Origin: a candidate division WS6 bacterium OLB20
GTDB taxonomy: Bacteria > Patescibacteriota > Dojkabacteria > B142 > OLB20
NCBI GenBank assembly: GCA_001567355.1
Contig: JYNZ01000007.1
Location: 1-43,385 of the forward strand
Direction of reading: 5' to 3'
Length of the DNA stretch: 43,385 nucleotides
The position numbers were made by a program, and so were the translations under genes. Position 1 is the stretch's first letter. Each line of letters begins with the position of its first letter. The notes under the pieces were generated by a model, which was not told where the DNA came from, did no database searches, and worked only from the letters and a program-made list of their open reading frames with translations. Shown here one piece after another: positions 25,566 through 35,079 of the stretch.

Positions 25566-27584
25566 GCTGCCGAGCGCAGTGACCACTGCCACGGTGTTAG
25601 AATATCCAGCAGCAACACCGTCCAGTACACGGATCTTAATACTGGCTTCGGTATCATAGGAGAGATTATTAATGCTTTTGATGCCGTTATCTGCCGGGCT
25701 GAACGTCACAGATGAGGGTGATAGTGTCCCGCCGAGAGCTGCGTTTGTATCAGCGGGGTCTACCGCGGTGAGAGACGGTGAGCCCGAGTAATCTGTCTTA
25801 ACATTATTGTACTGGTCGTAGGCTGTTACTGTTACCGTATCCATTGAAGCGGAGACCAGAGCAATCTGCGGTGCAGTGATTGTGAAGTAACTGATCGCAT
25901 CCGGTGTTGCCGTAAACGTAAACTCCACCGGACTTCCGGACAGACCCGAACCAGAAGCCCGAACTCTGTTTGTACCTGCGATTCTGCCAAGTGAGTATGT
26001 TCGTGTACTGATTCCGTTCTGATCTGTTGTACTGCTGCCTGATGTCAGGACACCTCCGTTCTGCCCTTGTGTCACAGACCAGGTCACGTTATACCCCGGC
26101 ACCGGAAAGCCGCTGCTGTCGGTGACAAGTACCACCAGCGGATCAGCAAGTGCAGTAAAAACGGTCCCTGTCTGGGAATTACCGCTGACGAGGGAGATAT
26201 TGGCAGCAAGTCCGGCAACAAGAACATCGCGATCTGTTTCAGCATTTCCACCAAATGATGCCCATGTGCTGAACCCGCCTTTGCTGTCACGCACACGAAC
26301 CTGCCAGTGGTACTCGGTACTTCTGGTCATTCCGGTTACCGTAATCCTGCCGCAGTTGCCAGGAGGGGTGAGACATGTCTGGGGATTTGCCTGATTGTTT
26401 GCCTGCGTATGAGTCGGAACATTCGTAAACGGCGTGCCGATTGGCCTGACCTCCAGCTGCAGCGCGAGAGTCTCACCTGCATCGATATCAGACATGTCGG
26501 CAGCAAATACAACCGTGTTTTCGGATGTGGCCTGCCCGACCAGAATCTCCGTTGTATTATTGGACCTGAACTGCTTGAGAATTGTCGGAGTATCAGGTCG
26601 GCACGTTGGTCCAAGCCTGCTGCCTGTACCACCATCCTGCGATGATTCCGTCTGACCGCCTGTGACTGTTGCGGAACCGGTAAAGTCATTATCACTGATA
26701 CAGAACATTCGCAGTCGGCCGCCACCACCGCCGCCACCCTGGTATGTAGCGTTTTCAGCTCCTCCGCCATTTGCCTCGACAGTACCGCCACCGGAGAAAG
26801 TCTGTGCCTCAATCCAGATACTGCCGCCTGCGCCGCCACCTCCGCTGCCGTTTGCACTGGCTGTGCCTGCAAGTCCGTTTGCAGAGATGCGTCCATTGAT
26901 CACGAGATTGCCTGAGACTTCAAGTCTGATTGCTCCACCGCCTGCTCCTCCCGCGCCACCTTCACCCGCGTCGCTGCCTGCAGAACCGAGTGTAAGCGGT
27001 TCCTCAGCATTACCGTAGGGAAGACCGGGAGCACTTGCAGGATTCGTCTGGTCTGCATTACCTTCTCCACCAGCGCCGCCATGCCCTCCTCCTGAACCTC
27101 CGGTCTGTCCGGATGCTGCGTCAGGTGTACCGTTGGCTGCCTCAGACTGGGCATCGGTGTAGCCCATACCGTCAGCATGCAGAACTCCTCCAGGCTCTAT
27201 CGTAAGGTTGCTGACGCGCAGCGTTCCTCCCCAGTCGCCAGAAGTAGATCCGTTTTCGGTCACAAAACTTGAGATGATTACTTCGCCGCCGTTACCGATA
27301 ATGATATCCAGCGTTTCGCAGTTGATGACGCCATCATCCCCGTCGGGTGTGACGACAATCTGTGAGGTAATAACCGCCGGTGCAGCCGGAAGAGGACAAA
27401 CCTGCTCAGCTGCGATTCTCTGAAAGAATCTGAACATGCTTAACAGGGCGAAGAGCGACCCGACAGCAACAAAAGCGATCAGGGTCAGATAAATGAATGT
27501 CTCAAACTGACGCGTGCGCTTTGTCAGTCCGGGCAGACGTTGAATAAGAGGATCCAGCTGTACTTTGAAACGTTTCTGGCTCAT
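24129..27584 (-). CDS. giant protein segment 1: signal-anchor, Gly-rich module A, Big_1/Ig-like domains, first 1.7 repeats
   Basis: ATG at 27584. TM helix FIYLTLIAFVAVGSLFALLSMF. An invasin/intimin-like Ig stretch (SLVSGNSQTGTV...VTDSSGFPVPGYNVTW). The last ~17 codons (QRRSLAAAPRVLQEEEQ) are out of frame. Confidence 0.8.
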   Translation of the reverse strand: MSQKRFKVQLDPLIQRLPGLTKRTRQFETFIYLTLIAFVAVGSLFALLSMFRFFQRIAAEQVCPLPAAPAVITSQIVVTPDGDDGVINCETLDIIIGNGGEVIISSFVTENGSTSGDWGGTLRVSNLTIEPGGVLHADGMGYTDAQSEAANGTPDAASGQTGGSGGGHGGAGGEGNADQTNPASAPGLPYGNAEEPLTLGSAGSDAGEGGAGGAGGGAIRLEVSGNLVINGRISANGLAGTASANGSGGGGAGGSIWIEAQTFSGGGTVEANGGGAENATYQGGGGGGGRLRMFCISDNDFTGSATVTGGQTESSQDGGTGSRLGPTCRPDTPTILKQFRSNNTTEILVGQATSENTVVFAADMSDIDAGETLALQLEVRPIGTPFTNVPTHTQANNQANPQTCLTPPGNCGRITVTGMTRSTEYHWQVRVRDSKGGFSTWASFGGNAETDRDVLVAGLAANISLVSGNSQTGTVFTALADPLVVLVTDSSGFPVPGYNVTWSVTQGQNGGVLTSGSSTTDQNGISTRTYSLGRIAGTNRVRASGSGLSGSPVEFTFTATPDAISYFTITAPQIALVSASMDTVTVTAYDQYNNVKTDYSGSPSLTAVDPADTNAALGGTLSPSSVTFSPADNGIKSINNLSYDTEASIKIRVLDGVAAGYSNTVAVVTALGSCPDPDGLIDLNQTWTADTNNQGIFDCRGLDILVTNSAVLTVRPFENGNTNYTDDFGVTILADNIRIDTGAAIAANSNGYRADRGPGYSGSGTGGSYGGRAFGAGTTTINGSVYEPVNLGSGGDEFAGGGSIKLVVDNGYVDVNGSIQAHGTGGAGDAGSGGSIWVITDVLGGTGSIAANGGSTSGAFRPGGGGRIALYFEQNGDTGAGITAFDYNPANSRIAAVGGRGNFGGWWGGPGTIYVEQTGVDVSTQGSLFVDQQNNSAGYQAGLLEGDYRFKLLSLTRQGHLMVLGNASTLTITDSSGLTGDTTAPILLNYGTFIAPDGLEINGVTVDINGEIDLGGDTSNSSVTVGNSVNAGLRLRASTWAHDQNYQYQFESVHVASKGVLELISAQNGNTNYTDDWGLVLTADDITVDAGGRISADGYGHPANRGQGFVSGGGGSYGGQGFASGITSTYGDVYQRRSLAAAPRVLQEEEQ

Positions 27585-27631
27585 TTGGGTGAAGCTGAAT
27601 CCAGTTTAACAACTGCAATCAATGAGAGCAA

Positions 27632-28261
27632 TCAGATACGGATTTTATCCCCGAGTACAACATCCGGAGGTGAAACATAGAGATCGATAAACGACTTGGT
27701 AAGAGCAAGCGTGTCACGCAGCTGAAACAGTTCGATGCCCTCATAGAGGCGGCGGTCGGCAACTACGCCGATCGATTTGACACCGAGCGCATTGCAGGTA
27801 TAAAGCGCCCGCGGAAGGTGAAACTCCTGCGTGATCAGAATCGCCTCGTGCACCCCGAAAATTGCCTTGGCACGGTAACACGTATCGTATGTCCTGCGGC
27901 CTGCAAAATCAGCCTGGAGATCACTTTGCCTGACTCCCTGTTCGCGAGCGAAGTCGATCATCACCTGGGGCTCATTATAGTCATCAAACCGGTTGTCGCC
28001 GGACATGATTATTTTCTGAACTGTCCCCTGTTTGTAAAGATCCACTGCTGTCATGATCCTGTCCTCAAGTACGGCACTCGGCTGCTGCCCGTAATCGCTG
28101 AGTCCTGCACCAAACACAATGGCAACTCTATGCCCGGGGATCGCATCTGCGGGGTCAAACATGAGGGGCACGTATGTGTTGACGACATACAATCTGATGG
28201 AAAACGGAACTGCAAGAATTATCAATAGGCCGATTATTACTCCTGTCAGGATCCTTCGCAT
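27632..28261 (-). CDS. sanA: SanA/ElyC-family (DUF218) envelope protein
   Basis: N-terminal TM. MSGDNRFDDYNEPQVM, DFAGRRTYD and ILITQEFHLPRAL align closely with E. coli SanA as I recall it. The start is set at MRRILTG. Confidence 0.8.
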   Translation of the reverse strand: MRRILTGVIIGLLIILAVPFSIRLYVVNTYVPLMFDPADAIPGHRVAIVFGAGLSDYGQQPSAVLEDRIMTAVDLYKQGTVQKIIMSGDNRFDDYNEPQVMIDFAREQGVRQSDLQADFAGRRTYDTCYRAKAIFGVHEAILITQEFHLPRALYTCNALGVKSIGVVADRRLYEGIELFQLRDTLALTKSFIDLYVSPPDVVLGDKIRI

Positions 28262-28359
28262 ATTTACACGCGGACGGAACAGCTCAGCTACTTCCGGACG
28301 TTTTTCTTTTGAACCTGCGCATTTGCATAGTAAACTATAGCAGAGTATCTGACGATAAC

Positions 28360-28839
28360 ATGAATAACAGCGGCAAACAACGTGACCAGGGCTGGCTTGA
28401 GGATCAGCTTTATTCGCTGTGGGAGGAGCATTTTGTGGATGTCCCCCGGCCAAATCCTGTACTCATTACATTCGGACGCCGGTCAAAGCGTCAGCTTGGC
28501 TGCATCAAGTGGGCTGACAAAAAGACGCAGAAAATCGGCAGACTGACCAGGCACCTGGTGCCGGGTTCTTACGATGATAAACGGATCAGCATTATCATTG
28601 TCACCGGGTACTTTAAGGATACAGCCATCCCCGACGAAGTCGTCCTTGGCACAATCGCCCATGAGATGTGTCACTATGCGCATGGTTTCAACTCACCGCT
28701 GCAGCAGCTCTACGATCATCCCCACAAGGGAGGTGTGATAAGAAAGGAGATGCAGAAACGTGAGCTCGGCACACTATACAAAACGGCCAACCGCTGGCTT
28801 AAGGAAAACTGGCAGAACTATCTGAAATCAGTTCGCTGA
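28360..28839 (+). CDS. SprT/YgjP(DUF45)-like zinc metallopeptidase
   Basis: HExxH motif (IAHEMCHYAHG) in a ~160-aa protein. The start is set at the ATG at 28360. Confidence 0.55.
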   Translation: MNNSGKQRDQGWLEDQLYSLWEEHFVDVPRPNPVLITFGRRSKRQLGCIKWADKKTQKIGRLTRHLVPGSYDDKRISIIIVTGYFKDTAIPDEVVLGTIAHEMCHYAHGFNSPLQQLYDHPHKGGVIRKEMQKRELGTLYKTANRWLKENWQNYLKSVR

Positions 28840-29469
28840 CTGCGTCTGGACATCGACAGTGTAACCAAGTCCTGAGAGTAACAGCTCAAGCAACTGAATG
28901 CTGTCCTGCTCGGCTTCGGCAAAGATGTCAGGATCACGCTCTACAGTAAGACGTGCATCCGCATCAAGCTCTTCGAGCGCCAGGTTAAAATCCTGATTGG
29001 GGTCATTTGCAAACAGCTGTCGAAGTATTCCGTTTGTGGCAACTGCGTTTATTTCTCCGTAAAGACTTGAATCAAGTATCTCTGCCTCCGGGATATTAAC
29101 TGTGACAGTTTTTGCCTCATTATCAACAACAATGTCCTCCGGCCCGACCTTCTGATAGTCTACACCGACATCGACACGGATGATGGCCTCTGCCTCAATT
29201 GTCTGTCCCCACCAGAAATTTGACCAGTCAGACCCCTGGTCTATCCGGATTGTCTTCTCCTGATCGAGGAAGACTGTTTTAGTTACCAGAAACGCCTCCG
29301 TAGTAATTTTCTCAAGAATGATCTCGCTGGTAACCACTCTTACCTGCTCAGGTTGCGGGGGTGCCTCTGATCCACCCAGCAGCATTCCTCCGGCGATAAA
29401 AATACACACCGACAGCAACAGCGTAAACAGAACAGTCCCGATAAAGATTTCAATTTTGTGATCTTTCAT
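28828..29469 (-). CDS. DUF4230-like membrane-anchored protein
   Basis: N-terminal TM followed by a pattern typical of DUF4230 (...AEAIIRVDVGVDYQKV...VTVNIPEAEIL). The assignment is from memory. Confidence 0.5.
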   Translation of the reverse strand: MKDHKIEIFIGTVLFTLLLSVCIFIAGGMLLGGSEAPPQPEQVRVVTSEIILEKITTEAFLVTKTVFLDQEKTIRIDQGSDWSNFWWGQTIEAEAIIRVDVGVDYQKVGPEDIVVDNEAKTVTVNIPEAEILDSSLYGEINAVATNGILRQLFANDPNQDFNLALEELDADARLTVERDPDIFAEAEQDSIQLLELLLSGLGYTVDVQTQSAN

Positions 29470-29474
29470 AGTAG

Positions 29475-30893
29475 TTATGATACAGCATTTGTACCTGCCG
29501 GGTACCTGATCAGTTCAGGATTTTTCTCCTTCCAGTATCTCATCACCGGATCAATGAAGTCCCAGGCTGCAGCCAGCTCCTCAGCACTGAGAAAGAGATT
29601 CCGGTTAAGCCTGATCACATCAAGCAGAATCTTTTCGTAGGCATCGGGCAGCATGTTTGTAAACTGGCTCTTATACTCAAAATCCATTGTGACTGTCTCA
29701 AGCTTTGCGTGTGTGGGCTTTTTCACTTTCATCTCGAGACTGATGCCCTCTTTAGGCTGTATGCGAAAGATAAGCCTGTTTTCACCAGTCAGACCCGCGA
29801 CCTCCTCCATCGGTTTGTAATGCAGAATAAGCTCGGTACGTTTTTCTGCCATGCGCTTTCCTGAGCTTATGACGACATCAAGACCATCCCATCTTCCGCC
29901 CTCTACGTTTGCGTGAAGTCTGACCATTGTCTCGGTGTCTGAATCCTGCGGGATACCCTGCTCATCAAGATATCCCGGTACAGCACTGCCTTCAATCACT
30001 CCGGCAGCGTACTGCCCGCGGATTACATCATCCTCGGGTGATGCGATCCTGAGAGAGGATATGGCTTCAGCCTTGGCATGCCGGATGGCATCAGTGTCAA
30101 AGTCTGACGGGATATCAATCAGCACCAGTGCCAGCAGCTGCAGAATATGACTCTGTACCATGTCGCGAAGATGACCGTAACTGTCGTAGTACGATCCTCT
30201 TCCCTCGACGCCAAGCGTCTCATGCGCAACGACTTCAATCCTGTCTATCCGCTTCTGCGACCAGTCACTGATAAACACCGGATTGCCTGCTTTAAAGTAC
30301 AGAAGATTCTGTACAGTCTCCTTTCCAAGATAATGGTCGATACGATAGATCTGACGTTCCTCAAAAACTGAAGTAACAAAACTGCTAAGCTCATCAAAAG
30401 ACTGTCGATCACGTCCGAACGGCTTTTCGATGACAAGCCGTGTATCTTTTATGTTGCCGCAGATCTGTTTCATCTGGGTGTGGCGGATACCTTCAAACAC
30501 CTGCTCATAGAGGTCAGGGCTGATGGCAAGATAGAGTATTTTGTGCGTGCAGACACCGAGTCGCGTGTCGATACTGTTAAGTTTGTCAGCAAGTGCCGCG
30601 TACGCCTCATCATCATTAAAGTCACCACGGGCATAGGTTATTCGCTTTGCAAAACGCTTCCATGATGACTGTTCGTACATGCCGTTTGCATACTGCTTAA
30701 CCGCCTCTTCAGCATAATCCCTGAAGCTGCTGTCGGTGTAGTCCCTTCTGGCAAAGGCCACGATTTCGCAGGAGTCCGGAAGCAGCCCCTGCCTGTCAAG
30801 ATTATATAAGGCCGGCAGAAGTTTACGGCTGGTCAGATCGCCTGTCGCTCCGAAGATAACAAGGATTGTAGGGATGTTGAGATGCTCTGTCAT
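29475..30893 (-). CDS. zwf: glucose-6-phosphate 1-dehydrogenase
   Basis: IFGATGDLTSRKLLPALYNL NADP motif and RIDHYLGKE active-site motif. The ATG at 30893 lies 1 nt after the pgl stop. Confidence 0.92.
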   Translation of the reverse strand: MTEHLNIPTILVIFGATGDLTSRKLLPALYNLDRQGLLPDSCEIVAFARRDYTDSSFRDYAEEAVKQYANGMYEQSSWKRFAKRITYARGDFNDDEAYAALADKLNSIDTRLGVCTHKILYLAISPDLYEQVFEGIRHTQMKQICGNIKDTRLVIEKPFGRDRQSFDELSSFVTSVFEERQIYRIDHYLGKETVQNLLYFKAGNPVFISDWSQKRIDRIEVVAHETLGVEGRGSYYDSYGHLRDMVQSHILQLLALVLIDIPSDFDTDAIRHAKAEAISSLRIASPEDDVIRGQYAAGVIEGSAVPGYLDEQGIPQDSDTETMVRLHANVEGGRWDGLDVVISSGKRMAEKRTELILHYKPMEEVAGLTGENRLIFRIQPKEGISLEMKVKKPTHAKLETVTMDFEYKSQFTNMLPDAYEKILLDVIRLNRNLFLSAEELAAAWDFIDPVMRYWKEKNPELIRYPAGTNAVS

Positions 30894-30894
30894 G

Positions 30895-31620
30895 TCAGGG
30901 GTTCTGGTCAGTAAAAACTGTCGCATCCACAGCACTGAGTATCAGCGCAGGATGTACAGGTATCATTGTCTCCCATGCTTCTTCGGGATATGAGGCATCA
31001 AGTTTTGCAAGATCGCTGATAATCCGGGCCTTTTTCTCTCCACGGACGTAACAGAAGACAGCATCAGCCTGTTTTATCATTGCAGGTGTAATTGTGATCC
31101 GTCTGGGATGGATAGTGTCAAGCTCGTGCGCGACAGCAAGTTCATCAACAAAAAACGTATCAGCAAATGCTGGATTCTCTGCAGGCAGAATCCCGGCAGT
31201 ATGACCGTCCGTGCCGATGCCGAGCATCGAGATGACAAAATAACCGCTCGCAAGTGCCTCTTCAAGGAGGGCATTAAATGCATCGGCCTCTTCCTGGTGC
31301 GACTTTCCACCAAGAATATCTACCAGGCGTGCCCCCCGTTCCCGCAGAAAATGATAGAACGATGTATTACGGAACTGCACCCAGTCGGAATGCTCATGCT
31401 CAGGATCTGTGTCCCAGCGTTCATCGCCCATCATGACCATAAGCTTTGTGTAGTCAAGATGTTCATCAATATAGGTAGGAAGTTCGTTGTATACATCAGC
31501 AGCGCTGCCACCGGCAAGCAGAAGCAGGACATGGTCATGCTCTGCAAGCGAGGTCTCAAGCAGCGAAGCGAGGTGCTGTGCCGCCTGAATCTGGGGAGAT
31601 CTGCTGACTTCGAATTTCAT
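30895..31620 (-). CDS. pgl: 6-phosphogluconolactonase (glucosamine-6-P isomerase/6PGL family)
   Basis: LLLAGGS... and the LGIGTDGHTAGILP motif. It is translationally coupled to zwf. Confidence 0.8.
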   Translation of the reverse strand: MKFEVSRSPQIQAAQHLASLLETSLAEHDHVLLLLAGGSAADVYNELPTYIDEHLDYTKLMVMMGDERWDTDPEHEHSDWVQFRNTSFYHFLRERGARLVDILGGKSHQEEADAFNALLEEALASGYFVISMLGIGTDGHTAGILPAENPAFADTFFVDELAVAHELDTIHPRRITITPAMIKQADAVFCYVRGEKKARIISDLAKLDASYPEEAWETMIPVHPALILSAVDATVFTDQNP

Positions 31621-31641
31621 GCAACCAGCATACCACAGTCG

Positions 31642-32163
31642 TCATCCGGCAGCCAGCGCGAAGACCTGATCTTTCTCTCCTGCAAGGTTTCTTGCAAGAA
31701 AACTCTTATATGAGTCACGGACATACGCAGCAAAGTTCACTCCTTCAAAGATCATCTGTTCGACCCTCAGACGTCTGCCCTGCATCGCACGCGACTCGGC
31801 CTCGGCAATCATACCGGCATATTCACGGAAGTGTGCCGGCATTCCCTGCCAGTACTGCTGTACAAACGGATTATCCCAGTCAGTTGGATTTGTCTGGATC
31901 TTATCTGTACCATCACTGAAATCTGGCACAAGGGGTTCGCAGTCAAAGACAAGCTCGATATCTGCCAGAACACTCATAACCGGAGTAACATGACCGTACC
32001 CAAACATCTCTTCAGTAATCACTGTAAGGATGACTTCACGTTCCTGACCGTCAAGTTCATAGCGCGAGAATATTCCATTCAGCCCAAAGTGAAGGGCATT
32101 CTTGTGCCCCTGTTGCTGAGCCTGGTTTAGCGTTTCCCAGCGTGATCCGTGAACTGTTTCCAT
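31642..32163 (-). CDS. hypothetical protein upstream of pgl-zwf
   Basis: A 173-aa ORF 21 nt upstream of pgl. I recognise no motif. Confidence 0.5.
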   Translation of the reverse strand: METVHGSRWETLNQAQQQGHKNALHFGLNGIFSRYELDGQEREVILTVITEEMFGYGHVTPVMSVLADIELVFDCEPLVPDFSDGTDKIQTNPTDWDNPFVQQYWQGMPAHFREYAGMIAEAESRAMQGRRLRVEQMIFEGVNFAAYVRDSYKSFLARNLAGEKDQVFALAAG

Positions 32164-32195
32164 GGCGACTATGATATATACCTATTATATCACAA

Positions 32196-34283
32196 CTAGC
32201 GCCAGGATGGAATCGACTTACTCAGATACCTCATAAGTGTCGCGCGTAAGCCTGTCTGTCGTGGATAATCCTTGCCGTGCTCTGCAACAAAGGCTTCGGC
32301 ATGCTCAAGTTTTGCCTGAGCAATCTCTTTGTCCAGCCCATTGGCTGAAGCAAAGTATGCTCTGAGTCGTTTGAGATATGCATCCACTTTTCTGTGCAGC
32401 TTGAAGTCTGAAAGATCAAGCTCGCGCTTGCCTGTATGTGCCATCGGCTTTATCCGGCCGCGCGTATCAAGGTACCCGAAGTCGGCCTGATTGTAATGGG
32501 AGAACCATTCCAGATTGTCATATGGTGTCCAGGGCAGGATACCTCTGAACTTCATCACGCCAAGCTCGGCAGCGTAGGCACATGCCTCAGCAAGTTTGAC
32601 ATGCATATCAATCGGGTTAGCCACCGTGGGCATCCCGGTCTCAGAGATCATAATCTCAGGAAATCCATTGAGACCGTATTTTGCCGCTGCTTCAAGAAAC
32701 AACCCCTGCACGTGCATCATGGTTTCAAAGCCAGCCAGATCCCTTCGGCCCCAGTTGTTCATCATCGGATCAAACCGTTCAGGAACATTATCAATATAGA
32801 ATGCATTTGCGCCGACATTCTGCCTTGTGGCACCTACAAAGTACTGACAGTAAGTCTGATGACCAAGGATGTCAGTAAGCCAGCGCCCTTTTTCACCGCA
32901 GCGTTTAAGAAAGTACTGCAGCGGATAGTCATTAAATGATTCTGATGCCGGCACTACCACCTGCTTGTTAAAAATGTACAGTGGCGAACGGTCCCAGGCC
33001 TCCAGTGACGGAGTTATGTGTGTAAAGCCAAGCTGCATCGTCGGAGAGAAACGGCCATCCTTGCGGGCCTTATCAACCTCTTCATACAGTCTGATGTGGG
33101 TATCAACCATGCCCTCAAACTCCTCATAGACACGCCTTCCCGGTTTGTAGTCAAACCCGGTGTACTTTTTTACTTCATGATAGAGACCGGTCAGGGTTTT
33201 ATCGCTGCGGTGGTATGGATGAGTCAACCCTTCGATCTCTGCCATCGGCACAACCGAAGTCAGCTCGTTAAAACTGAACAGCAGTTCCGGACGGTCATCC
33301 TCAAGTCCCTCAAGCAGACCCATCGAAAATTCAACAAACAGGTCCTGCGTCTCGGGATTTCTCCATCCGTCTTTTAACCACAGCGGCTGCGTGAAATGCT
33401 GCAGACAGATTACCGGTTCCAGTCCACGATTACGCGCATAGCGAAGCTGTTCACGCACACGTTCAACGGCACCTGGCTTAAAGCACTGTGTTCGGGATTC
33501 CTCATCAAAATCAACCATTGTGGCCCATTCGGCACTGAAACGGATCGAATTTGCTCCCATTCCGGCAACCGAGTCAACATACTCCTCCCATGTAAGGTTG
33601 AGACTGTCACCGACCGGCTCGATGACACGAATAAGGCCGTCGCCGTCCAGTTCCGGTGCATCAAAATTGACCCCCTCACGCCTGAATATGTCAGACAGTC
33701 CTGCCTGGAGACGGACAAACCGCTCATGCAGCTCCTCATCAGTCATCGATGACGCCTCATCAACACTGAGACCCGCAAGCGTGTTAACACGCATTACAAC
33801 ATCCATCCTCAGGTGCAGCGCTCTGTTAAGGGCCATAGACAGACCTCTCACAACCTGCCTGATATCTGGATCCGTGTCATATCGACTGATCAGTTCTTCG
33901 GCTGTAGTGGCATCAATCACCGGCTCAAACAGTCTGGCCCCGCCATTGACTCCATTGCGCTCGTAATCGTTATTGCGAAGATCCACTTCAAAATCCCAGC
34001 TGTAGACAGCTGCTTCAACTGCTTTAGTTTTCACCTTTAGAGCTGCATCGGGTCTGATCTCTTCTACAGCACTCTGCATCTGAGGGTTAAGACCGCGATG
34101 AGTCAAAATATGTGACCAGTTGTGCTGACCGCGATACTCAAAAGGATTACTCTGAAAATTGCTGTTTGACGGTCCCACCAGCGAACCCGGTGGCAGTACC
34201 GCAGCAATCTCGGAATATGGCGTAAACGGGGCCTCACCATATTCACGTTCAGCCTGTTTTTGTAGTGATTCAGTGTTTAGCAT
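32196..34283 (-). CDS. glycoside hydrolase family 1-like (clan GH-A) enzyme with a ~220-aa N-terminal extension
   Basis: SIRFSAEW, FNELTS (acid/base NE) and ISETGMP (nucleophile ETG) occur in GH1 order and spacing. There is no signal peptide. Confidence 0.6.
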   Translation of the reverse strand: MLNTESLQKQAEREYGEAPFTPYSEIAAVLPPGSLVGPSNSNFQSNPFEYRGQHNWSHILTHRGLNPQMQSAVEEIRPDAALKVKTKAVEAAVYSWDFEVDLRNNDYERNGVNGGARLFEPVIDATTAEELISRYDTDPDIRQVVRGLSMALNRALHLRMDVVMRVNTLAGLSVDEASSMTDEELHERFVRLQAGLSDIFRREGVNFDAPELDGDGLIRVIEPVGDSLNLTWEEYVDSVAGMGANSIRFSAEWATMVDFDEESRTQCFKPGAVERVREQLRYARNRGLEPVICLQHFTQPLWLKDGWRNPETQDLFVEFSMGLLEGLEDDRPELLFSFNELTSVVPMAEIEGLTHPYHRSDKTLTGLYHEVKKYTGFDYKPGRRVYEEFEGMVDTHIRLYEEVDKARKDGRFSPTMQLGFTHITPSLEAWDRSPLYIFNKQVVVPASESFNDYPLQYFLKRCGEKGRWLTDILGHQTYCQYFVGATRQNVGANAFYIDNVPERFDPMMNNWGRRDLAGFETMMHVQGLFLEAAAKYGLNGFPEIMISETGMPTVANPIDMHVKLAEACAYAAELGVMKFRGILPWTPYDNLEWFSHYNQADFGYLDTRGRIKPMAHTGKRELDLSDFKLHRKVDAYLKRLRAYFASANGLDKEIAQAKLEHAEAFVAEHGKDYPRQTGLRATLMRYLSKSIPSWR

Positions 34284-34322
34284 TATTTATCCACTATATA
34301 TTATGTCCATATTATAACAGAG

Positions 34323-35042
34323 TTATCGGACAGTCCATAATATACCATGAATTATTTCGGAAGCAAGACTTGCCAGGCGGAAAGGGATGACAAAGCTCTC
34401 TAATGGAGCGTTTTCAGGAATATCAAGCACTTCATAAAACGTGGCAGCACGAAGATCTGTGCGCGAGGAGATGGCTGGCCGGTCGACAAACTCAGAATAA
34501 TAAATGAATCTGTCCGCTGCGCCGGCAGTAAAAATTTCAAGGTCAGTAGAACCGTCACCGACGGCGATTGTAGTACCTGAGAGACCAAGTGATTCAGCTA
34601 CCATTATCTTGCCGTTGTTCCCTGCAAGCGGATTGGCATCATCCAGGCCGGCCAGTACGCCCTGCTCGAAGACCAGCACATTGCCAAATAACTGCTCAGG
34701 TTTAAAACCAAGCGGAACAAGAACTGTCTCCAGCACCTGTTGAAAACCGCCTGATACAACATATGTTGACGATAGCGGGAGCATTGGCAGGACATCGACA
34801 AAGCTTACCGACAGATGGCTCTTCAGTTTCTCTGCGGCCGAGAGCAGTTCAGCCTCGTTCAGCTGAAGAAGCGATAATCTGCTGCGCAGAGACTCGGAAA
34901 AACTGATCTCACCGTTCATGCCTGCATCAGTGATTGCAGATACTGATCGCAATACCTCATCGCCAGCACCGGCCTCTGCAAACAGAAACTCCAGCGTTTC
35001 GGCACCAACTATCGTACTGTCAAAATCAATGACAAGATTCAC
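34323..35042 (-). CDS. HAD-IB phosphatase (phosphoserine phosphatase-like)
   Basis: The DFDST (DxDxT) motif at the N-terminus and the GDGSTD motif near the C-terminus. Confidence 0.65.
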   Translation of the reverse strand: MNLVIDFDSTIVGAETLEFLFAEAGAGDEVLRSVSAITDAGMNGEISFSESLRSRLSLLQLNEAELLSAAEKLKSHLSVSFVDVLPMLPLSSTYVVSGGFQQVLETVLVPLGFKPEQLFGNVLVFEQGVLAGLDDANPLAGNNGKIMVAESLGLSGTTIAVGDGSTDLEIFTAGAADRFIYYSEFVDRPAISSRTDLRAATFYEVLDIPENAPLESFVIPFRLASLASEIIHGILWTVR

Positions 35043-35079
35043 CTGTGTATTGTTTAAACCTGTCTGTTATACTAGAGCT

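Larger units (their letters stand above)
17379..27584 (-). pseudogene. conceptual single giant surface-protein gene (~3,400 codons) interrupted by two 1-nt frame breaks; either a true pseudogene or a consensus error
   Basis: Repeat units and Gly-rich modules continue seamlessly across both ORF boundaries once the frame is shifted. See the segment features and findings. Confidence 0.65.

Noticed and set aside
17722-27423. Numerous plus-strand ORFs (60-118 aa, Pro/Ser/Ala-rich) antisense to the giant gene
   Set aside because: They are the expected mirror of GGN-rich sense codons (NCC gives Pro, Ala, Ser). They have no independent motifs and are fully nested in a strongly supported minus-strand coding frame.
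34284-34296. TTATCCACT, an 8/9 match to a DnaA box, near the GH1 gene start, considered together with recF as a hint of an origin region
   Set aside because: It is a single imperfect box with no cluster, and dnaA, dnaN and gyrB are not nearby.
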